Positions 37,236-49,645 of a DNA stretch of 64,000 nt are shown in pieces. How positions within the stretch are numbered: position 1 is the first letter of the stretch; each line of letters opens with the position of its first letter. Below the pieces are notes generated by a model. It saw only the letters and a program-made list of their open reading frames with translations, was not told the DNA's origin and did no database searches. This DNA comes from Rhina ancylostomus. Lineage: Eukaryota. A program made the translations under genes and the position numbers. The stretch spans positions 26,498,226 to 26,562,225 of the forward strand of contig JARFYF010000007.1 in assembly GCA_030265395.1 (NCBI GenBank), written 5' to 3'.

Positions 37236-38055
37236 TGACTTTGGGAGGCACATCACTGCAAAAATTAGTGTGGGTATGAGACTACCAAGGGCAGCAACTG
37301 CAAGGATCAGCGCAATCCAATCCGTGAGAAAGGAATGTTCGCACAGTATTACCAGGATGATATCAGTATTCCAGGAGTTAAATTATGAGGAAAGATTACA
37401 CAAATTAAGGTTTAAATTCCTCAGAATCTTGAATTCACATTGTGATTGACTGAAGTTTTCTATTCAAATAGTACTGTAACACCAAAAAGTACTGGAGAAA
37501 TTCAGGGTATCTCTGTATTCTAATAGAAGACTGCAGATTTATGAATGCATTAGTGATGATCCTTCAAAATTCCTTGCATTATAGGGAAGTACCAGCATTT
37601 TGGAAGGCAGAAAATATAATTACCATTTATGAAAGTTGAAAAAAAAGGATCAATAAATTATTTGAACTGATATCAGTTGTCAGCATACTGCTTGAATCCA
37701 TCACTATAAATGCAAGTTGATGTCTCGCACCTAAGAACTATCTCAACCTGCATCCCAATCTATGAATCATTCCTCAGTGACATTCTTAGCTGCTCTGTAT
37801 TCACACAGATGATACCCAGCTCTAGTGTCAGTAGTAGTAACGCTTACCTCTGATTTCAAATGTCATGGGCCCAGTTACAGATTTCCCATGCATGTGCAAT
37901 TTATTCAAGATATATTGGGTAAAAATAAATGATGATCATTTTGTGAGAACACCAACAGGCTCTTATCATGTTGACAGGAAATCCTGAAATAGTTACAAGG
38001 GATTGTTTTATTTGTCTATAAGGATTTGTTAACACAACTCCAGTTGTGTTTCAAT

Positions 38056-38082
38056 GGTGCCATCTAGTGTTGGAGTACAGCA
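38056..38082 (-). promoter_or_regulatory. Candidate CTCF site with upstream motif
   Basis: Minus strand reads TGCTGTACTCCAACACTAGATGGCACC: the core resembles CCASYAGRKGGCRS and is preceded by a TGCAGT-like upstream motif. Confidence 0.5.
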
Positions 38083-39129
38083 TTTTGTTAAAGTTAATAA
38101 TTAGAGTAATGTGTTGCCTTGAGGTGGGATGGTTCCAGGAGCATCTTCGCATAGAAAGTTATTATAATAAATTTTGAACGTAAATGTTTTCACACAGTCG
38201 TAAAGCCAATGTAACTTTTACATTAAGCTAAACTAGTATTTATTTCTTTGATACAAATAATAACATTACATATCTTACAGTAGGTCTTATTCTGAATGAC
38301 AAATTGTGCCCTTATAATATTTTTATGATTTCACCGCAAATAACAGAGAAAGCCTTTTGCCTATATGATGAAATAAGATTTATTACTTTCTTTTGCTGTA
38401 TAGTTTAAGTATGCACAATTGAAAGCACACTCTTAGACAAATCTTTTCAAAATAATTCAAAGTAATTTACAGTTGTGTTGTGTTATTTTTTTCTGTTTGA
38501 GTTCACATTTTTATTACCACCATCTGCTTTCTTTGTTCACAGGGTTTAGAGTTGAAGCCTCCTTGCAGATTATCAGGAAAGAACAGCAAAGCAGCATGAC
38601 ACTGCATCAGGTACTAAAGTGATTGCTGATAGGATGAAAATGTATTACTAAGAATAGTTCCAGATTAGTTTAGTGCCCTGAAACAGTATCAATATGGAGC
38701 ATTACAACAGTGACTATACTTAACAGGTATTTAATTAAATGTAAAATGTTTTGGAATATCCTGAGACAATGAGAATAGTGTATATATTTTTTTCAGTTTT
38801 AAGACATACGTGGATCAATCATTACACACATCAGCCAAGGGAGGTTTAAGCAACACTGCAGATGGCAGACTCTGGAGTCCTGATACAGAGGCTTGACCTG
38901 AAACATCAACTATCCCTTTGCCTCCACAGATGCTGCTTGACCCTCTGAGTTCCCCCCATAGTTTGTTTTCTTGCATTGGTTCCTTCAGCACATTAGGCAA
39001 ATATGTTCTGTTTTTTACAAAGGATTTTTTGATAGAAATGAGCATAGTTTCCACTCAGTAGCAAAGTTTTATTTTAATTCAAGATATGCTGCTTAAAGGC
39101 ATCATAGGGGAAGTTCACAGCAATTAAAT

Positions 39130-41780
39130 TATTCAATTAGTAATCCAGAGGTTTGGACTGATCGTCCAGGAACCTGAATTAAGCTCCCACCCTGGCAGCT
39201 GTGCAAATTAAATTTGGTTATTAATCTGAAGTTAAAAAAAAGTAATGAGACAGTAGTCCTGGGAGTTTTTAACATTGATTTCAGAATCCATGAATTCTCA
39301 TAGCATCTGGTCAACATGGGCAAGGAAACCTCCTCCTGATTACCCTTACCCTCCTCTTTCAGCTGATGAATCAGTACTCCTGCTGTTGAACAAAACTTGG
39401 AAAGGAACACTGAAGATAGCAAGGGGATAGAATGTACTCCGGTTGTAAAACACTTGTGTCCATCACCTGGAGTGCCTTAGTGACAGCTCTATTGATGGAA
39501 CTGGCCAAATCTTGTAGAACAAGACTTGTAGGACAAGACAGAGTGTGTCTGCAGCAAGTGATGAGTGAACGAACGTGAAGAATAAACCTACTTGACCTAG
39601 TCCTCACCACTCTTCTTGTGGCAGATGCATTTGTCCATGACAGAATCTAGCCTTCACAATGAGGACATCCTCCATTGTGTTGTGTGGCACAACAGCTGTT
39701 CAGAACAAATATGTCACTCAAAACTGGACATCCATGAGGTGTTCTGGACAATCAGTAGCAGCAGAAATGTACACCACAATGCATAACCCCATGATTTGGC
39801 TTATCCCTCACTCTACCATTACTATCAAGCCAGGGGATCAACCCTCATTCAATAAGAAGTGAAGAAGTATATGCAGTGCCATGTATATAAAAAAGGAGGT
39901 GCCATCATAATGAAGTTGTAGCACCAGATGATAATGGCAATAGACAAAGCTAAACCAGCTTACAATCAATAGATCAAGTCAAAGTATTGCAGTCCCTCCA
40001 CACCTAGTGATGAATGGTGGTTATCAATCAAACAGCTTATGGGCGGCAGAAGATCCAAAAACATCTCCATTCCAATCAATGGTGGCTTAGGGCATGTAAG
40101 TACCAAAGACAGGGCTAAAGAATGTGCAGCTATGTTCAGCAAGAAGTGCTGAGTAGATGATTCATCTTGGCGTCCTTCTGAGGTTCTCACCATCGTAGAA
40201 GCCAATTAAAGCCATTCCATTTGATAGCAAGAGTGGCAGAGAGCATTGAATACAGTGAAGATCAAGGCACCAGACAGTAAGCCTGCTGTAGAACTGAAGA
40301 GTTGAGTTCTGCACTGAGCCAAGCTGTTCCAGTACAGGTACAATAGTGGCTCTACCCAATGATGTGGAAAAATGCGCAGATATGCCCATTCACAAAAACC
40401 AAAATGAGTCCAACCCAGCAAATAAAGAATCAGTCAGTTTATTCTCAAACAAAAGCAAAGTACTGGGAGATGATGTTGTCAGCAATACTATCTAGCAGAC
40501 TCACTGAAGCCTTGCTGCAAACATGGACCAAAGAGCTGAATTCTAGAGGCAAGGTGACAGTGACTGTCCTTGGTATCAAGTGTGGCATCCAGGAGCTCTG
40601 GTAAAACTGGAATTAATGGACATCATTGGGAAAACACTCCAATGGCTGGAGTCATGCCTCATACAAAGAAAGGTGGTTGTGATTGTTGAAGGTCAACCAT
40701 CTCAATTCCAGGATATCACTGCAAGGGTTTCTTGGGGCAATGCCCTCAGTCCAACCATCTTAAGAACTTCCTTCCACCATAAATTCAGAAGTGGGTATAT
40801 TCATTGATGGTTGCAAAATGTTCAACTTCATTGTCAGCTCCCCAGAAAATGGAACAGTCCATACCTGCATGCAGCAAGACCTCGGCAATATTTAAACATG
40901 GATTAAATATTGAGTAATTTTGAGTAACATACACACCACAGAAGTGCAAGGCAGTGATTATCTTCAACAAGAGAGGCTAAACACCTACCTTTGATATTCA
41001 GTGATGTTCCCTTTACCAAATGCCCCACCATCATCATGAGGGTAATTCTTGACCAGAAGCTCAACTGGACCAGCCAAATAAATACTGTGGTTAGAAGAGC
41101 AGATCAGAGGCTGGGAATTCTGCAGCAAATGACTCAACTCCTAACCAGTTAAAGATATTCCATCATCTGCAAACATATATCTGGACTGTGATTGAAAACT
41201 CTTTACTAACCTGAATGAACACAGTTCCAACAGTTTACAGGGAGCTTGGCATCATCCAGGACAAAGCAGCTGCATCCACCACCCTAAATACCCATTCGCT
41301 CCACTACCAGTGCTCCATAGCTGTACTGTGTACCATCTACAAAATGCTGTGCAGTTACTTCGATAAAACTTCCAAATCCATGATCTCAAGGAGGACATGG
41401 ATCACAGGTTCATGAAAACACCATCACCTGCATTTTCCCCTCCAAGTTGCACATCATACTGATTTGGAAATATATTGCCATTCCTNNNNNNNNNNNNNNN
41501 NNNNNNNNNNNNNNNNNNNNNNNNNNNNNNNNNNNNNNNNNNNNNNNNNNNNNNNNNNNNNNNNNNNNNNNNNNNNNNNNNNNNNTTTGGAAATATATTG
41601 CCATTCCTTCATCATTGCTTGGTCTAAATCCTGGAACTCCCACCCCAAAAGCATTGTGGGACTACCTTCTCCAGAAAGATGGCAACAGTTCAAAAAGTGG
41701 CTCATCACCATCTTCTCAAGGGCATGTATGGATGACCAATAAATGCTGCCCTTCCCAGCAATGCCCATATCCCAAAAATT
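39130..41780 (+). mobile_element. Old 2.6-kb non-LTR retrotransposon (CR1/L2 superfamily), decayed
   Basis: Peptides QTWTKELNSRGKVTVTVLGIK and WHPGALVKL...LQWLESCLIQRKVVVIVEGQ (RT domain). Its 3' end recurs inverted at 52700-53260. Confidence 0.8.
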
Positions 41781-44564
41781 AAAGAAAAATAATCTTAATG
41801 TTTCAATCCCATCTATTAATTATTTTTATATCCACATTATAATCTGAAGTGGGGATACTTATATTAATAATAATCAGCTGCATCAAAATTTCCATAAAAG
41901 TAGTCTGATCACCATTTTTCAGAAATACCAAAAGGGAATATATACAAATCAGATTCTAACAAACTTAGACAATTGTCTGCAGTTTCTCTGCTGTGCAGTT
42001 TGTGTTGTTAAATTTTGAACTGACAGAGCTATCTGCTTGCAAGTGCTAGTAATATTCAGTTGTTAGTTATGTGGTGTAGGGTGATTTGTAGCATTATTAA
42101 CAAGCTATTTATAATTGTGGAATTGATCATATCAATTAACAGCCTAAATCATGCACATGCTTTCTCTCTAGTCATATAGTTATTTAAAACCCATAGTACA
42201 AGTCATCATGAAAGTGGTCATCCATCAATGTATGCAGTGATGAATAATCGTCAATTTATTAACCGGCTTACTAGACATAAGTACCTGACAAATGGACCTT
42301 GATCAAAGCAGTGGTTAATTCTCATTCTGATCTGTGTGGCTGATTTCACTTGTTATGTTAAAATAATGGAAAGTGCAGTTTAGCTAACAAGAAACCCATA
42401 AACTTACCAAAAAAAACACTAAAACAATGCACTGTGGATGCTGAGAATCTGAAATAAAAACAATTCTTCAGCGCATCTTGACTTTATTACAATAAACCAG
42501 TTTTATGTTAAAAAGCAGTGTCCTGACCACCCATGGACAAACAGAAAAAGCAGGAAGTAACATGTGCCTTATGGGTATGGATGTGTATTTTGCATATAAC
42601 TACAATATTGGTAAATCATTAAAAGACTCAGAAACAATGACAACTTTAAATACCTCAGATAATTTGGTTAGGCAGTGTCACCATTTTAATCTAATGACAA
42701 TGAGGATTGAGAGTTCACACTGTCTCAAATGCTAAAATGTTCATTACTCAATTTGCACTGGAATTAATTTTTTCACATAAGAAGTGTTTTGATTTTAAAG
42801 CTCTTTCAAAAGCTGTGTTAATGTTAGAAAGCATAGTAACTTAGTGGGACAAGTCCTTTTGAAATCCGAATGCCACAAAAGCATGTAACAACTTTTTCCT
42901 GAATGTCATGGCAACATTCAAAGGTTGTATTCTGGGTTTCCAAANNNNNNNNNNATAGATGGTGAACAGATGAGCATATTTCAGGTATAGAATGGCCATT
43001 CCCATGATCCTAAGTCTCCTTAAGAGCTAGACCGAGCATATCAAGTGAGATGACAATGATTTATATTAAAACAATATAAATACTTGAAATCTGAAATAAA
43101 ATTAGAAAAAATGCAAGTTATTCAGTATCCAAAAGAAAAGTGTTAACACTCTAAGACTTCATCAAGATTTTATGAAACTGTATTGTTCCTATTCTCTGAT
43201 TCTGAGGTTGATACATATTATTCGGTATTGGGAGTTGTTCACTCCTTGCATTATGTTGTCAGGATCAGTGGATAAGCTGGTGCAAAGTTCATTCATGGGA
43301 GGGAAGGAAAATGGAGGGGTCAGTAATATTTTACTTGCGATGAGTAAAAAGTGCAGAAGTAGCTTGCATGCAATCCTCACAATGACGCAAAGTCTAAGAA
43401 TCAAATAAATCTAAAGAACCTATTTTTTGAAGCTATTACAGGACAGCACCATCTCCCCTCTACACCCCTGCCCTCCACCACCACAACCAGCATAGCAGTA
43501 TTCTGCTAATTTATTGTAAAAATACATGTCTATAATGATTTATATGGGTTAATGATGAATTGATTCACCAGTAGACTGCTGGAAGTATCCCCATGGCTGT
43601 CCAAGTTTTAGTTTACCTGGAACAATGCATCTAGTTTACACTGGAACCAGCCAGTGAATGAGATAATTACCAACTTAGGATCCATGTGCTGAATGCGAGC
43701 TTTCTGTATTGACTTTGAAGTCCTAAAGGAGTTAGATTTCCTGGTCGAACAGATATAATGATACTTCATTCAGACAATAAGCTTAGAATTATTAAATCTG
43801 TTTTTTACTGAGGTTTTAAAGGAATCCAACTCAGGAAATATTGTAGACTTGAAAGGATTTATCAAAGTCAATTATTAATTACTATTCTTGACTTTTGATC
43901 AGGTTATTACATTCCACTAAAGTGCATTCAGAAGATCTTTAGATAGATATTCCAGTGTAATTTGTATTCTTATCTATAACATAAAAGTGAGAGCCTGAAA
44001 CACTGAACTCTTAAAAATAACTATGTGGAGTGTGACTCAGCGAGGTATCAGAATCAGTATATAACAGGAATTTTATTTTCTGCTTTGGGTGCGGTTCTGT
44101 GTTTGCTGGAGGAGGTAACTTGTCAGCTGCTGATGCTAATAGACACCCATGCTGGCCACATGGTTGTTTGCATCATTCAATTGCTGAATCAATAAGAGTT
44201 AAAATTAGATAGTAACAATTTGGTAAAAGATGGACATTGACTGTTGGTAAATTTCTCCTTGTAAATTTCTCCTTTAAACTTCTCTTCAAAGTGTGTCCAT
44301 TTCAGTAACTCCTAAAGGATTATATGATTTTTATTTAATAATAAGCCTAACTAGGTTAGGTCTTCGCAAGATGTGAGTCACAATGACTCACCATTACAAT
44401 ATTTGAAAGGTCATTATTCTATACCACTTTACATTGAAGAATGCAGAGACTGTTCTTACAGGTTTCTTATGCAAAGCTATTTTCAAAAATCTCACTTTTA
44501 AACCCTTCTGGGAAATCTTCTTTTGAAACAACATTAAAAAATATAACAGTAAACAAGTGAGTTG

Positions 44565-45535
44565 CTGAAGGGATTAGTGCTGGAGGCCCAGGTGTTTACA
44601 AGCTAATCAATAACTTGGATGAGGAGATCAAGGGTAATTATTCCATGTTTGCTAATGATGCAAAGCTGAGTGGCAGTCTGGGCTGAGAGGACAATGCAGA
44701 GAGGCTTCAGACGGTATGGATGGTTTAAATGAAAAGTCAGGGACATGGTAACTGGAACATAATGTGGAAAAATGGTAGAAAAAACAAAATATTTTTAAAT
44801 GGTAAAAAATAGAAAGGAGCTGGTATTCAGAGGGATCCAGGTGTCCCTGTATACCAATCACATAAAATTTATGCAAGTGTACAGCTAGCAATTAGGAAGG
44901 TAATGGTGAATTGGCCTTTATTGCATAAGGATTTGAGTACCAGGGTGAAGATGTCTTGCTCGAATTATACAGGGCCCAAATAAGATCACACCTGGAGTAC
45001 TGCACAGGTTTGGTCTCTCTTCCAAAGGAAGGAGATACTTGGAATAGAGGTAATACAACAAAGTTTCAAGTGATTAATTCTTGGGGTGGCGTGTTTGTTG
45101 TATTTGCAGGCAAACTTGGTCTTTTCTCTCTAGCATTTAGGAGAATGAGACTTGTTCTCATTGAAATATATGAAGTTCTTCTAGGACTTGAAAGGATAGA
45201 TGTGGTGTTGACTTTCTCATGGCTGGAATGTCTATAACAAGGAATCGCATTCTCAAAATAAGGTGTCAGACATTCAGGACAAAGATGAGAATTTTTTTTC
45301 TCCCAGAGGACAGTGAATCCTTGGAATTCTCCACACAAGAGAGCTGTGGAGAGTCAATTGCTGAGTACATTCAAGATAGAGATTGATAGATTTTTAGATA
45401 CTAAGGGAATTGAAGTATGTGGAGTTAGTACAAAAAACTGGAGCGGAGCTTTAAGATCAGCCACAACTTTATTGAATGGCAGAGCAGGCACAAGGGGCTG
45501 AATGGCCTATTCCTGCTAAGTTTTTAATGTTCCTG
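44565..45535 (+). mobile_element. CR1 3' fragment
   Basis: LYRAQIRSHLEYC...LGLFSLAFRRMR; tail gaatggcagagcaggcacaaggggctgaatggcctattcctgct. Confidence 0.85.
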
Positions 45536-48500
45536 TTAACATTTTCTTCCCATTTTCCATTTGGTGTCTTTTTCTTTCTTAAGGATGCTGACTTTTTCTG
45601 AATGACAACAGAATGACTACCATCCATATAACTGATCACTTTCATGTTTCAGTTTCTTGAGTGGGTGGGAAAGTAGATATCTTAGTTAATTTTACATGTA
45701 ATATCAGCACCTACAATCACCTTCCAACAAGAGTAATGAAGAGGGGAAAAAGAGTGCCAACCCACATTTCACCCCTGTCCTTGGCATTCAGTAAGATGGT
45801 AATGCAGCTTGTAAGTACATTTAAAAATGCTTTATGAATACAAAATCAGAATACTGAAATTGATGGAGATCTAAATAAAAACAGAAAATGCTGGAAATAC
45901 TCAGCAGGTCAGACAGCATCTGTGGAGAAGGAAAATAGAGTTAATGTTTTGAGTCAATGAGTTTTTATCTCTGCCATTAATGAAAGCCGTTGTTGTACCT
46001 TTCACAGTCACTTTATTTTTTAAACTGTTCAGCTGTAGAGTATCTTTGATTGCTTTGTCATGGTTATATTTTCTTTTGAAATGTTATAGCAATCCTATCT
46101 GTATCAAAGTTATCAGGAAAAGCTGAAAATCTATTGAAATGGGGTAAACCATCACATCTAGAATTGCCCTAATGCAGTCTCCCTCAGACTACATGAAGCT
46201 GACATAGCAGGCCTCAACTGCTAATAACCTGAGATCCCTTTTACAGAGGGCTTTGGTAGTTTTTTTTAGTGTACTTTATCACTACAGATATTGCATCACC
46301 TTCTTCAGCAGTAACACCTCTGCTTTTGGTACCTTCAGAGATAAGATATCTGTATTATAATTCTTAACCATTCACTATCCAATTCCTGTTTTCTTTTATA
46401 GATATAAGGTAATAGGGAGTTGCTGAAGACAATGATAACAGAGTTGTTTCAGCTTGCTTGACTTTGGTTCATATCCCACTCCTGAGGTTTTAGCATACAA
46501 ACCTAGGTGGACATACCACTGCAGTACTGAAGGAGTGTGAGATGTTAAACTGAGAATCTTTCTGGTTGTGGTTGAATGTAAAAGATCCCAAAGTACTGTT
46601 GCAAGCAATAGCAAGAGAATATGTTTGGAAAACATTGATCCCATCTATAGCACAAAAGCAAAGTGCTGCAGATGCTGGAATAATGAAGTAAAACAGAAAT
46701 GGTTAGATGTGCTCAGCAATTCAGGAAGTATCTATTGAGACACAGAGTTAATATTTTAGGGTCCCTTAACCTACATCACAAAACAGATAAGTTGGTTATT
46801 TTTCACATTGCTATTTGTAAGATAAGTTGCATTGACAATTTCAGATGCAGAAACACTCAAGTGCATACAGTATGTGAAGTGCTTTAGGAAGTTTTGGCTC
46901 ATTAAAACTTAAACTTCAAAATGAATTAAAGTAGAATAGTTGTTTTAATATTTCAGTCTGAGACAATTGTGTGATGGAACAGAAAGAACCTCATATCCAA
47001 ATAGGCTTAAAAATTTACAATTTTTTTGCAAGTACTTTCTTGCTTTTAATTGATTCTGTCTACTAATTTCTATTAGAATATTTGTTCACATTAGTTGGAA
47101 GCTTTGTCATCAAAATGTGTTTTCTAATTAGCTTATCATTACCACAAGGTATTTACTTTTTATACCTACTCAAGTCATTTGAAGTGCCTGTTTCTATAGG
47201 CAGAACCTTGATAAGGAGAACTTTTCCAGTTTCCAGGAATATATGATAGTGAAGCATGTGGATATTTCAATAAGTAGAGTTCTTTGATCAGTTATGTAGT
47301 GGTTATCTTTTCTCACAGTGCTCTTCCGTACTTCTCATAAACTTGTGCAGGAACTACTATCCAATGACAATTGCAGTGTCTTTCATAACCACAGAATCCA
47401 GTAAGAAATTTACATATGTACATTAGCATATAATGTCTACCAGCAGATGGTCATATCTGTCTTCTGTCCAGTTCTGACAAAAGCTGCAAGACTGAAATGC
47501 CACATGTTCTTTCCATTGCTGCACTCTGAACTGCTGTGGCTTTCTTATATTTTCCTTTTTTTTAATTCCAGGTTTCTGGCATCAGCAGTGTGCTACTTAA
47601 TGGTTTCTATTTAGGCTTTCTAGAATGTCTGGCTGTAGCTACTTTTATAGATGATTGTAAACATCCTTTTTCTATTTGAGTCCTTAGCTAACAATGCCCC
47701 CTCCAGCCATAAACGCACTGTTCAATTTAGAAGGACAATTTATATGCTCAGAGATCTTAGGGACATATGATAAGTCACGGCAGGCAAAGCATTCTCATCA
47801 GGACAGGGAAAGAAGAGCATGAAGAGAGAGTGGTGATCCAAAGACATAACATTGTTCTACCACATGCTGTGTTACAGATGGCTGGGATAAGCTCAGAATC
47901 CCTATATCCCATACATAACAATGTTCTGATCTCTTCTGTGCTGAATGTGTCAGCAGGTGAGCCTATATAAGCAATGAGTATTTGGTTAGGTTTGTGGACT
48001 CTGATCAATTTTCTGTGAATTGCTGTAAGTTCTTATGTAGAGTCTGTCAACTTGGACTGGGTCATCCTTGACTGCCCTTGTCCGTTGAATTATACTAAAA
48101 AAATCAGTTGACAAGCAGAAGAAAGAAAAATTGAAGAGGGGGGTTGGGGAGTAATTAAGATGAGTAAGTATCTAACAATGTATGTGGAATGTAATGTTGA
48201 GCTGAGGTCCTCATAGCAATATCTCAAAGAAGTGTTCTCTCTGGCAAACTAGTCAGTGATCATTCCAATCAAGTTGGCTGCTGTTTCTCTCATATAACAT
48301 GTAACTACACCTCTATAGCCATTCTGTGCTTTACAACTCCTAAAGTTTGAAAGGGGCTACATAAATGGAAGTTTGTTCTTCCTCAAAGCAAAATCCTATT
48401 AAAAATTATAGAAACCGTCCTGGAAAAAATACATGCTTAAATAAGTCAATTTGAGGATGCTCGGAATCAATATTGTGGCTATTACTTAATTTTCCTCATG

Positions 48501-49334
48501 ACTCCTCACACAGGATCAAGTCTATCTATGCCCAATACCTTCTTTAGCTCAGAGACTTAATACAATACTCCAAGGCCATGTGCAGCCCAGTGTTCAGAGA
48601 GGTATCTAAATAGTAAACAGCACTGAAATTGTATTTGAACAGAGCAAACTTTTTTCTTGGGGTGTTAGGAAACCCTGACCTCAACTCAGCATTGCTGTTT
48701 CTGCCATTGGAGAATGCTATTTAAAATAATCCATTTTTAATATCAGAATCAGATTTATTATCACTGATGCATTACATGAAATTTGTTGTTGTGCAGCAGC
48801 TATACAGTGCAAACCTGAGGGTAGTAATGAGAGGAGGGTGTGTCCCGGATGGTGAGGGTCCTTAATGATAGATGCCACCTTCTTGAAGATATCCTTGATG
48901 GTGGGGAGGCATTGGTAGGGTGGATAAGAGCTCTCAATGGATTTGTTTTAATTTTTGAGATAAAACAAAATTTTTTTTTACTAGTGGGATAAACATAATA
49001 TAAAGAAGTAATGCTAACATTTGTCAAGCCTTGTAATGGTTACTGTTAAAACCTGCAAAGTACTTCATCTTTTTGAAAAATTGCCAGTGTGGATGGATTC
49101 ATTGATTGTACTCAAAGTGAGCTAACTGTCATCCAGCAGTTTCCTGTTGAGGATTGCTGAATAACTGTTTAATTCAAAGCCCACCCATAGAGAAAAACTA
49201 CATGTACAGAAACCATCTGTCCGAAACCACATTTACTGACAATGCCAATGACGTATATTAATCATTGAGATGCTGAACAGCATTAGTGCAGCACCCATGA
49301 ATAAGATTACCTCAATATCAAAGTGTTTATTATA

Positions 49335-49645
49335 CAGGCAGTCCCCAGGTTACATAAGGGATCAGTTCCTGAGAACTATCCTTAAGCCAATTTCTCCATA
49401 AGTCAGAAATGTCTGTTTTTATAACTACCAATATCATATCACTCTACATACACTTGCTGTAATCCTTTCATTTCCATTGAATAATCACCCATAATTAAAC
49501 TAATGGGATATATTACTGTATTTAATCATTAATGAATACATGAAACATTATTATTGCTAGCGTGAAAATGATTTACAAATTTATGGGACAATTTGTGTAA
49601 AGTTGGATTTTCATGTCAGGTTATCCATAACCTGGGGAGCACCTG
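49335..49645. mobile_element. pogo/Tigger-like MITE, copy 3 (311 bp)
   Basis: TA|CAGGCAGTCCCCAGGTTA ... TAACCTGGGGAGCACCTG|TA; 18-bp TIRs with 3 mismatches. Confidence 0.85.

Noticed and set aside
47767-47970. 67-aa ORF with ATG start and a CAG|gtgagc donor-like site
   Set aside because: No recognisable protein similarity, no promoter context and no compatible downstream exon that I could identify.
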